From Mayamaea pseudoterrestris (lineage: Eukaryota): a stretch of 64,000 nucleotides of DNA. Within the stretch, counting starts at the first letter, position 1. The number at the start of each line of letters is the position of its first letter. The position numbers and the translations under genes are program-made. Shown piece by piece: positions 11,148-21,481 of this stretch. Below the pieces are notes generated by a model. It made no database searches. It had not been told where the DNA came from and saw nothing but the letters and a program-made list of their open reading frames with translations. The DNA is taken from NCBI GenBank assembly GCA_027923505.1, contig BROI01000007.1, forward strand, positions 930,001-994,000, written 5' to 3'.

Positions 11148-11564
11148 GAAACAAAAGCTCGTTTGTGCAAACCCTGGTCGATTGCTCGGACCGATCTGAT
11201 GCTGAATCAGTGAGGTTCTTCTTTTTTCTGAATCTTTTTACGTGGAAACCGTAGCAACAGTTGCTACTGCAACGAGACCAATGCTAATGGAGACTCTCTA
11301 TATGATATCTACCGAGTTGACAATACAACTAAGGCCACGCGACGGATAGTCTCTGGTCCTGTTTCAGCAGATCAGGCTTGTTCCTTTCGAAGGCGCGGAG
11401 GCCGTTGCGTCTCGTCGTGACAGTGCGTGACCAAAATTCGTACCAGTACTCATAATATACATCGCATCGGTTTTTGACATGATGAAGCTCGCCATGGCGA
11501 TTATGATCACACTCGCAAGGCAAGCTTTTGAAAAGATTTAACTGAATCTTCACTCTCCGCTAAC

Positions 11565-13246
11565 ATGACTACATCCGCAGGGTCCATCCAAAGCTTCCTG
11601 TACATGGGAAAGGAGACTTATGAAGTGTCAATAAAGGACGTTTTCGTGGCGAATCGACTCAAACTGTTGGAACGACTCGAACAATCCGACCAAGGTTCGT
11701 ATATACATTCAGTAAATAGATATTGTTGACCTACTCGCCTCATTTAATAATCTCGTCACTTCTTTGCTTACTCTGCTTTGCTTCATTAGGCCAAAATGGC
11801 CTTGTCTTTCTGCAGGGCGGCGTGAGCCAGGAGCGATACGACACGGATCACGAACCAATCTTTCGGCAGGAGTCCTACTTTTGGTACTTGACTGGCGTCA
11901 AGGAGCCAGACGTCATGCTACTCTTAAATGTAGCAACCAAGCAAACGTTATTGTTTGTTCCTCGACTGCCATGCGAATATGCGACAATCATGGGACGCAT
12001 CAAAACTTGTGACGAATGGAAGGAGCTTTACATGGTAGATGAGGTTTTGTACACGGATCAAGTGATACAAGTGATTGAAACCATGCTGAAGCAACAGCAA
12101 GAAAGTAAGATTTTGCTCATGGAGGGTCGAAACAGCGACTCTGGAAACATGTACAAGGCTCCTGTGATGATTACCGAACACTTCATAGAAACAAACATTG
12201 ACAAATCGACGCTCTTTTCCATACTGGCCGAGTGCCGCGTCGTCAAGTCGTCGACTGAACTGTTACTGCTTCGACATGTCACCGAAATTACATCGTTCGC
12301 TCACGTTTATACAATGCAACAAATGAAGCCAAACATGATGGAGTATCAAGCGGAAAGCTTGTTTCGGCACTACTGCTACTACAATCATGGCTGTCGCCTG
12401 GTTGGATACACGCCCATTTGCGGATGCGGACCAAACGCTGCCGTGTTGCATTACGGACACGCGGGTGAGCCCAATGCGAGGCAAATATTAGCGGGTGAAA
12501 TGTGTCTCATGGACATGGGCGCTGAATACTTTGGATATGGGTCGGACGTGACGTGCAGCTATCCTATCAATGGAGTGTTTGAAACGAAAGAGCAACGAGC
12601 AATCTATGATGCTGTGTTAAAGGCACAGGTTGCGGTCTATGACATGATGCGGCCGGGTGTGTCGTTGGTGGATTGTCACAAGCGAGCAGAGGTGTGCATA
12701 TTGCAAGGGCTTGCCGACATTGGCGTCGTTGAGCCTGGTGATAAATCGATGGAAGAGTTGGTGGAGATGCGATTGGGCGCAGTCTTCATGCCGCATGGCT
12801 TGGGACATTTAATTGGAATTGATACCCATGATGTTGGAGGGTATCTGGAAGGTCAACCAGAGCGACCAAAGGAACCTGGCCTTGCCAAGCTTCGCACCGC
12901 TCGGTTACTGCAGGAGAACATGACGTTGACTGTTGAGCCTGGTTGCTACTTTATTAACCACTTGCTCGACGAGGCATTGAACGATGACTCACCGTTGCGA
13001 CGCTACCTCAATGCGGACAGGGTGAACAGCCTTCGCGGCTTTGGTGGTGTTCGCCTTGAAGATGTCGTTGCCGTCACAAACAATGGATGCGTCAACTACA
13101 CGCTTTGTCCGCGCACGATTGCGGAGGTCGAGGCGGTCATGGCAGGCGCAAAGTGGCCGCCGACGAGAGACGATGCACCAGAGTTGCGACGAGAGCGCTT
13201 GACAAGCACTACACCACTCTGTGCTCCACCAGGAATAAAGTCATAA
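11565..13246 (+). CDS. PEPD: Xaa-Pro dipeptidase (prolidase, M24B), 2 exons
   Basis: FRQESYFWYLTGV, LMDMGAEY..YGSDVT, PHGLGHLIGIDTHDVGG, TVEPGCYF, GGVRLED. Intron 11695-11789. Confidence 0.95.
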
Positions 13247-13496
13247 TAAAGTTATCGATAGAGTAAGATGCTTAATTTATAATGTAATGGTAGCGTAATT
13301 TTAATCTATTGCAAAATCGTAAATAGGTTCGGCGACCTTAAACGATGATGGAGGCTGCAGTGGCACTCGTGTTCAGACACCTATTTCTGCCTTTTGCCAA
13401 CTGAGTCTGATAGCAGGAGAAATGTTGACTGTGGGATTGGGACTACCCGTGGCCTACCAGTAGTTTTGGTCGTCTCGCCGGCAGCCAGCAAGCAGC

Positions 13497-14768
13497 TCAA
13501 TACTCATCATCGTCGGTCACTGTCTCGTCAACCACAGCATTGCCGTCATCCGTAGCGCCATTGTCGTCCACCTTGTCATCCTGATATTGTTGATTTCGGT
13601 AATCATTTTCAATTTCCATGACTTCTTTTTCACTTAAAAGCGACTTGGGCAAATGTTGTTGCAGCGCCACGCGCTCGGCAACGCGCAATAAGTACGCCGC
13701 CTCGTCGCGGGTTGGAAGCGCCATGGTTGGTCCCTCGCTCCAAACCTCCATTCGTCTGGCGCGCGCCCACAAATTCGAAATATCCATGGCCGCGTCAATG
13801 GATGGCATGCGCTGGTATATAGTGGCGTACAGGACGCATCCCATTAGATATGTGCCAAGCGGAGAAGGATGCAAATAGTCTGTATAAAAAAGCTTTTGCC
13901 ACATTTCAAAACTCTCCTCCCATATTGTCAAAAAGGCCAGTCCAATCGGAGCCACTAAAGTTTGCCGTTCGAGAGACTCATTGAGAAGACGAGCGTATTG
14001 CATGTAGCCGTGGTACAAGTGCGAACTAAATTCAGCAATATCTCCCACCTGCGTTGAGATTGGGTCGTCGTCATCATCGTCATCGTCTCCATTGCTGTTG
14101 TCATCGTCATTTGTAACATTGTAAAATGCTTGATAATTGTAGGCGTACGTCATGAGCAAGACGGGTTGAGCGCCCGTGGTTTGTAAATAATTGACGTAGT
14201 AGTTTTGGAGCGCGTTCAAACTCTTTTGCCGCAAGTCGTAAACGGCGGGAAAAGTCGTTCGATCATTCATCACGACAAAGTCCCACTGGGGAGGGCCTTG
14301 CTGTTCGTATGTTGCAGCCATATAGTCATAGTAGCTCGAGTCGCTGAAGCATGGATTCTTTCCATCGTTCTTGTAGTAGCCGTTTTCATTTCCTGATGCT
14401 AAATTGTCGTCGTATCCGAACAGCAGCTGAGGTACTGTGCAACTTCCGAAGTCGTACTGACCATTATCGTCAAGCGCTTGTTTCGTGTTCCATTTGTGGT
14501 ACATGCCATTGCCGTGAGTGAGGTGCGATCGAAGTGAGAGGCTGCCGTGAAGACATGACTGCTGCTGTATCCTTTTTCGACTTAGTGCTTGCATAAATCT
14601 AGGAAGATCATTGGCAAAGGTTATGGAGTTTCCAATGAAAGCAACATGATATTCGTCGACTTTTGGCGCGGAAGGTGTGGTGAAGAGCAGGACCGTCGTC
14701 GTCACTATCAAGATGATTGGCACTCCGAAATATAGCAGTGATCCTTTGGCGCTAGCCGCTAGGTTCAT
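13497..14768 (-). CDS. Membrane-anchored SGNH/GDSL-like hydrolase
   Basis: N-terminal TM helix, FIGNSITF (block I), DYLHPS (block V), poly-Asp tracts. Confidence 0.65.
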   Translation of the reverse strand: MNLAASAKGSLLYFGVPIILIVTTTVLLFTTPSAPKVDEYHVAFIGNSITFANDLPRFMQALSRKRIQQQSCLHGSLSLRSHLTHGNGMYHKWNTKQALDDNGQYDFGSCTVPQLLFGYDDNLASGNENGYYKNDGKNPCFSDSSYYDYMAATYEQQGPPQWDFVVMNDRTTFPAVYDLRQKSLNALQNYYVNYLQTTGAQPVLLMTYAYNYQAFYNVTNDDDNSNGDDDDDDDDPISTQVGDIAEFSSHLYHGYMQYARLLNESLERQTLVAPIGLAFLTIWEESFEMWQKLFYTDYLHPSPLGTYLMGCVLYATIYQRMPSIDAAMDISNLWARARRMEVWSEGPTMALPTRDEAAYLLRVAERVALQQHLPKSLLSEKEVMEIENDYRNQQYQDDKVDDNGATDDGNAVVDETVTDDDEY

Positions 14769-15377
14769 TATAAGTTGCCAAGCACTTGCCAGTTCGCCTT
14801 TTCTATTCGAGACAATTTATGAGGCACATGGGGTGTTAATACTTGTGTTTGACTGTAGTGAATTTCAATCCTTGCCCGACGACTTTGTCGTCGGATGGAG
14901 GCCTTGCGATTTTAGCGATCGCCACGCTTTCTCAGCGGCACTGAAAACAGCATCGAATGTGTCGCATGCATTTAGCTAACGCACACGCATCAGCAGAAAA
15001 GCATGCCTGTCACCTTGCAGAGCCTTCCCTACAACCATTCTTGCACCATTCTATGTAAATACATCTTTGGTTAAAATATGGCATAATCACAGGTATTTCC
15101 TGTAGCATGAAGCAGGATCCCAGTGCCGATGGTTGCAAAGAGTCAACAAGCTCGTTTCATTTCACAACTGCCAAGTGAAAACACTGAGGCATAGTAATTT
15201 ATACTTGTATATGAATTCTATATTGGGAGCAGTCGCTCACTCATTCAGCTATGCACAGTCCAAAGGTACAATAGGTTGTCTGACGACACGGAAACGGATC
15301 GGTGAGTCATCTTCAGTCACGGATTGAAATTCAAATCCGTCACAGATCTTGTCGTCAACCCATCATTACTCGAAACC

Positions 15378-16082
15378 ATGTCGTTCCTGTGCTCAGCAAA
15401 ACTACCTGCGGGGCTACTACTGCTGTCTTGCATAGCGACAAGAGGATTCGGCTGGTCACCGCGCAAAAATGTAGACGCATGTTACTCTCGACGATCCATG
15501 CTCGAGACTGCCACCAAGGCTCTCGTCACCATTGCGGCAACGACTACAACATTTTCTTCTCCCTCACTAGCTGCTGCTACACCCACGCCGCAAGAATTGG
15601 AAAAGCTCCAAAGAGGACATGCACGAGTCCAATACTTGCTCAAGAATTGGGATTCCATCACCAAAGTATGCGGCACCTCCATCATGTCCGACGCGGAGCG
15701 CAAGCAAGTCGTTCGCACCGAGGGTGGCGGCGGCACCGACCAGTGCTCACGATCGCCACTGCGCGTCCAGGACTACATGGGCTACAAGAGCACGAACGAT
15801 CCATTGTTCAAGGCGGAAAAGTTGCTGGTGCGAGCCGCGCCACTGGTTGATCCAGACAATTTTGAAACGTACTTGGATGCCGTGGAACGATACAAGGAAA
15901 AGTCGGATCAGACGGCTCTTTTGGCGTACACGTCATCCTGGGGAGAGGCAAATCCTAACGGAGGGAAGGAAGTGATTGATGACTATTTGGATCAAACAAA
16001 GAGACAGGTGGAAGAGTCAGAGCAGCTCCTTCGGACTTGCTTGAAATACTTGAATTTGGATGTACTTCCTCCCAGTATATAA
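15378..16082 (+). CDS. Plastid, probably thylakoid-lumen, protein of unknown function
   Basis: Signal peptide (GFG-W), twin-Arg RRSML, hydrophobic stretch and SLA-A cleavage site. The mature domain is helical with two Cys. Confidence 0.6.
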   Translation: MSFLCSAKLPAGLLLLSCIATRGFGWSPRKNVDACYSRRSMLETATKALVTIAATTTTFSSPSLAAATPTPQELEKLQRGHARVQYLLKNWDSITKVCGTSIMSDAERKQVVRTEGGGGTDQCSRSPLRVQDYMGYKSTNDPLFKAEKLLVRAAPLVDPDNFETYLDAVERYKEKSDQTALLAYTSSWGEANPNGGKEVIDDYLDQTKRQVEESEQLLRTCLKYLNLDVLPPSI

Positions 16083-16256
16083 TCAACTGTGAAAGAACTT
16101 GCTGTTCTTGTTAAAACTGTAGCCTATAATGTTTATGTATTAATATGCGGCGCCAGATGGCGCTGTACACGAATCGACCTGGCTTTGAAGCCTCGTCACT
16201 AACACGATGTACAAGCACCGCACATACATACCGTAGCCAGTCTCTCTAATCAGACA

Positions 16257-19200
16257 TCATTCCTTCAGCACCAAGGATGAGCGGAGAGTACGAGAGTAAA
16301 CTTCCGCTAGCGCTTCGGTGCAAAGGGCATCTATCCTTAGCACTTCGTAGTGGCAATCTGGAACATCTATCGGCTCCTCCAAACGCTGAAGATGAAAGAG
16401 ATAGGGCTTGTGCCTTGATCGAAGAAAGCCTGCAATTCTGTGCAGGCCGGCAAGGTTTCGCTCAGTAGCTGGGTCAAGTGCGACGGATCCATTCAAATTC
16501 CAAAGAGACTCGTTGTCAACGAGACACGACAGGTGAAGTTTCCAAACATGCATGACATTTCCGCCGCAATCAACGTATATCAAAAGGTCTTGCGTGCTTC
16601 CACAAAAGTGGAATCCAGTAATGTACCCAATCGCAGTCTTATTGCAGCTTTCTTCGCAGGCATGCCTCCAGATACCAGCTTTCAGTCGTGTTGCTTGCTG
16701 ATCAAGGCGACTTCTTCCCTCCTTGGATTTGGACCAATGATCAAGCTCCTTTGCAAATGCTGATTGTGTTCCTTGAATGACGGTGGACTTATTACCAAAT
16801 TGCACGACGGCGCATCCTTCAATATGGTCATAGGATTGCAAGGTAACCGCATGCAACTGCAAGCAGACGGACGGCTCATTCTCGTGCCCATTACTTGCCG
16901 AGGCAATCTGTCGCACCAGTCCAGATGTATCACATTCAACCCGCATCAAGAGACCAGATTGGTCTGTCAAGTAAAGCGACGCAGCAACTTTTTGTTTGGG
17001 AATATTGGAATTGATTACAATGCCCGTTACATCCACGACGCTGGTAGTTTCCGGGCAAGACTTGGAAATCACCTGAGCTCGGAAAATACTCGTCACCGAT
17101 TGCTCAGTTACTGCTCTTGGACGTGTCGGGCGCGAATTCGATGAGGACAACTCGACGATGGATGTTCGGGAGGATGCGCTGAGCTGGAGTTTCCCATCGA
17201 AGCGTTCTGCCTTCACGCCAACATTCACCACAGTTATCTTTCCTCCTTCTTTGATGACGTTCAACTGCTCCTCACAAGGATCCCAGATCGTTAGAACCGC
17301 CTCTTCGTTTGAACCATCGCCACTGTCACTTATAACAGAGCGGACGAGTATACGGATGAAGGGCTTACTCGGAACAAATACAAGATCATGCTCTTCCAAT
17401 TTAGCTGTCGCCTCTCCTTGCACCAACTTTTGTAAAAGAGTCGATCGTTTGTCCCTCCAATGCTCAATTTCTCGCTGTTGCTCGCGCGGCAGTCCGTTGT
17501 AAAACTCTTCAGGCGAGTCATGCGAAACATATTGATGCCAAATCTCAGGGGCTTTGTCATCAACATCCTGCGCGTTCATAAAAGTATTGTGTGAAGATCA
17601 TGATTAACATACAACACACAGGCGCTGTACACATTCGTACCTTTTCACATTCTTGCTGGATTTCGTCGATGAACTTGTCTAGAATTACTTGGCGTCGTTT
17701 CTCGTACTCCATCCTCCGCTGAGCTTCTTCCGCCTCGGTTATCAAATTTGACGGGCCTTCCGGATCTTCGGGATGAAGGAGCAAATATTTCAAAGGAAAC
17801 TTCTTAACGACAAATAGGTCTATCGAGGGCAGACTACCTCCTCCTTCCAAAACGTCCGATAGTTTCAAAATATGTAGCATTCCGTTACGGCAGCCAGAGA
17901 AGTGGGAAGACAAAGCAGAGATTTGTCCCAACTTCGCGTTCCATCTCGCCAGTCTTGTCGCATTTACCGAAATTCTCAAGGTAGGACTAGTCGCAGAAAA
18001 CGGATCAAAATCGTCATCACTAGGATCGACACCGTTTTCTCCGCCGACAAGGCAAGCACTTGACAAAAGCAATTTACTTCCAACTCTGATTCGACCCTCG
18101 CCAACTAGCCGGACCAAGTGCATGTCTGCCGGCCAGCATCGGACTGGGTACCATCCGTCTGTAAGCTCAAATAGGTATGATTCTTGTGAGCCTTCGATGT
18201 GTAATCGAATGTCTGCGACGCACAAAATCATTAAACAGCCTGCTGTAACGTCGCGATTTAAAATTCTTCGCACAACAGGGCGAGACCCGCTAGCGATCTC
18301 TTTCTTAAAACGGTGGTGCAACTGCTCCACGACTCTCGAAAATGTCAGATAAGATCCTCCGAGCCATCGCGAGAATCGCCTCTCCTTAGAAGCCAGCTTC
18401 CAGATTATCCACCTGACGTGATTTTGAATCCAATTGTCCGTGAGCATTAAGCAATCACACCCTAGTTTCAACAAAGCGTTACGATAGCTTGCAGTGTCGC
18501 CAAGTAAAGGCCGCAAATGATGGGACAAAGATGCCAAAAACCCCGCAGGAAATCCAGTCTCAAGATCGAAGCGCAAATTTGTAGCGTTGCGGCTATTGAT
18601 GATCAAGATACACGAATGTAGACCGTCTTGTTCTGCCAAAGAACTGTCAGAAAAGTTACCTTGTCGCAATGCGTCGATAAAAGATGTCTTGTCGCGTGCA
18701 TGTTTTTCGAATTCTCTGATAACATATTGGCCATCATATCTCCTGCGACTTGCGAGATCGGCCGTTTCAAATGATACTCGCGTGCGCGATGGCAGAGCTG
18801 GTGATGATGCTTGCTGATCACCAGGATGCTGCTCAAAATATCCTTCTCCCAACGAAACTCGCGGTATCGGTTTAGAGCGAGCGTTAGCGGAACACATGTC
18901 ATTCGATGGTGGGCCATACTTCCTTGCAGGTGAGGTTAAGACGGTACAAGAATTGCCATACGTTTCCCTCTCTTTACGAATCATATCACATTCGTCGCTA
19001 CGTCTCATCGATGCCTTTTGGCATTCAACAGAGGCAGACCTTTCCGTCGTCAACAATTTTGTTGCTTTATCTAAGCTCTCATTTGACACACTAATCGCCT
19101 TTCCGAGGCCGGCAGTGGCGAACATTGGGCAGTCCCCCGCTCCACAACGGATGTCGTGATGCCCAGCGGCGGGAGTTGTACACTCTACTGTGCCTAACTG

Positions 19201-21480
19201 ACCTGACCCCATGATTGTGTCAGCTGGCATGTTTGTTCCGAAAGGTTTGTCCAAGCATGTATCATTGCCGTCGCCCTCGAAAAGCTGTTGGGCTTTCGCC
19301 ATGCTATTCTTTGAGACTTGTATTGCCTTTCCGGCACCTGCAGTAGCGAAGGCTGTGATCCAAGAACTTTTGCCATTGCATTGTTCAGTACCACCAAAAA
19401 GTTGATCAGCTTTCTTTATGCTTTCGTGTGAAACACTTATCCTTTTTCCAAGGCCTGCGGTTGCAAATATCGGACTTCCAGCTTGCGCATATGTCGCGAC
19501 TTCTTGAACATGCTCACTATTATTAGCCTGCACCCACGATGCCATAGCCATACTCTTTTTTCTAGGTGACATTGAAACCGGCTCAAGAGTTGCATTATTG
19601 TACACGTGACCATCGATGCTCCCAGTACCCGCTAGCAGTTGGGCTGCCTTTGCCATGCTCTCGGCCGAGGCTGATATTGTCTTGCCAAGCCCAGCAGTTG
19701 TGAAAGCTGGCATTCTTGTTGCATGTGCATGCAAGGGAGTGCCCTTGCAACTGACTGCCGACAGAAGCTTGGTTGCCTTTGCCATGCTCTCGTCCGAGGC
19801 TGATATTGTCTTGCCAAGCCCAGCAGTTGTGAAAGCTGGCATTGTTGTTGCATGTGCATGCAAGGGAGTGCCCTTGCAACTGACTGCCGACAGAAGCTTG
19901 GTCGCCTTTGCCATGCTCTCGTCCGAGGCTGAAATTGTCTTGCCAAGTCCAGCAGTCGTGAAAAATGGCAGCTGGACTGCCTCTGCCATGTTCTCATCGG
20001 GAACTGATATTGACTTGCCAAGCCCAGCAGTCTTGAAAGTTGGCAAAGTCAATGCAGACGAGGGACTGTCCATGCCAACAACAGCCGACAGAAGCCGTTC
20101 CGCCTTTGCCATGCTCTCATCCGAGGCTGATATTGTCTTGCCAAGTCCAGCAGTCATGAAAATTGGCAGTGTCGTTGCAGACGAGAGACTGTCCTTATCA
20201 ATGCCAGCTGACAGAAGCTGGGCTGCCTCTGCCATGTTCTCATCGGAAACTGATATTGGCTTGCCAAGCCCAGCAGTCATGAAAGTTGGCATAAATGTTT
20301 CAGACGAGTGACCATCCTTACTACTGATATCTGACAAAAGCTTGGTCACCTTCGTCATGCTCTCGTCCGAGGTCAAGCTATTTTTACACCGCTCAACAGT
20401 CGTGAAAGAAGGCATGGTGGTAGCATGCGCATCAAATTGGCCAATGTCATTACCACCACCAAGCAAAAGAGCAGCCGTTGCCATGCTCTCCTTTGAAACT
20501 GATGTCGTCTTACCACGCCCAGCAGTTGTAAATGCTGGTGCAAGCGAAGCTGTACCTGTCATTCCCAGTTTGCCATCGCTTTTATTGCTATCTACAAACG
20601 CAAATGCAGTCATCCTTGCGAGTCCAGCATTTGAAGTATCTGCCACTGCTTCGCATCGCACCTCGTTACATCGATACTTTGCTGCCTCTTCACAGTCAGT
20701 CATGTTGTTACTGGTGCTCGTCAACTCAGCATTAGCACATCCTCTGCCAGCAGCACCCACTATCTCGCTTCGAGACCTGTCAATAAAGAGTTCGGCGGCG
20801 CGGTGCAAGCTTTCGTCGGAAACGGTAATGGTCTTCCTCAGCCCGGCCGTGGCGAACGATAGACGGAAGGTGGGCGGAAGTGTTTCGCCGCCGAGAACGT
20901 GAGCCGCTTTCGACAGACTTTCTTTGGACACAGTAATTGCTTTACCGAGTCCTGCCGTTGTAAATGAAGAAATGGGGGGAGTGACTCTATTGTTCGCTGG
21001 CTCAACGCCACCGTCGAGTTCAGACTTCGCCGGACGTTGCTTCCAACCGCTGGTCGAAGTGCCGATACCCGACCTCACATCACTTTGACCATTTCCGTCA
21101 CTAAGAAGCGCCGCTGCTTTTGCCATACTCTCATCTGTCACCTTTATCGCCTTAGCAAGCCCTGCTGTTGCGAAACTAAGCGAGCTCGATATCGGGCGAA
21201 CCTTTGCAAGTTTTTCTCTGATGCCTTCGGAAGAAGCCATGGAAGTATTGCCGTTGCTTAACTGCAACATCCACTCGCAAGGAATCTCAGCGCGGTAACT
21301 TTCTCGGTCCGGCGACGGCCAAATAGCCAATTTTATCCGTTCGACGTCAATGAGATCATTTTCATTTTTGATAGGATCGACATCTTGAGTGTCTGTGTGT
21401 TCAGTTGATTTCATTACTTCATTTACCGGCGCAAGCGAGCTATTTAATTGTCGCGCCCGATGTGTCAATATGTCAGACAT
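16257..21480 (-). CDS. BRCA2: BRCA2 homologue (BRC repeat array, helical domain, OB folds)
   Basis: About 14 F-x-T-A-G-x-x-K..S..S..KA..L(L/F) repeats, WIQNHVRWIIWKLA, ELTDGWY, LRISVNATRLARWNAKLG. Phase-0 intron 17568-17640 joins the OB2/OB3 exon (LTIWDP, LYLTD). 5' end unresolved. Confidence 0.9.
19646..20290 (-). repeat. DNA-level tandem array encoding BRC repeats (123-, 75- and 129-bp spacings)
   Basis: The gcct(t/c)tgccatg anchor lies at 20225, 20102, 19979, 19904, 19775 and 19646. Confidence 0.9.
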
Positions 21481-21481
21481 T

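Noticed and set aside
13330..13420. Box C/D-like words (GATGATG..CTGA) between convergent genes
   Set aside because: Box C is imperfect, with no terminal stem or recognisable rRNA guide.
19646..20290. Regularly spaced repeats resembling a CRISPR array
   Set aside because: They are in-frame coding BRC repeats with related spacers, in a eukaryotic gene, with no cas genes nearby.
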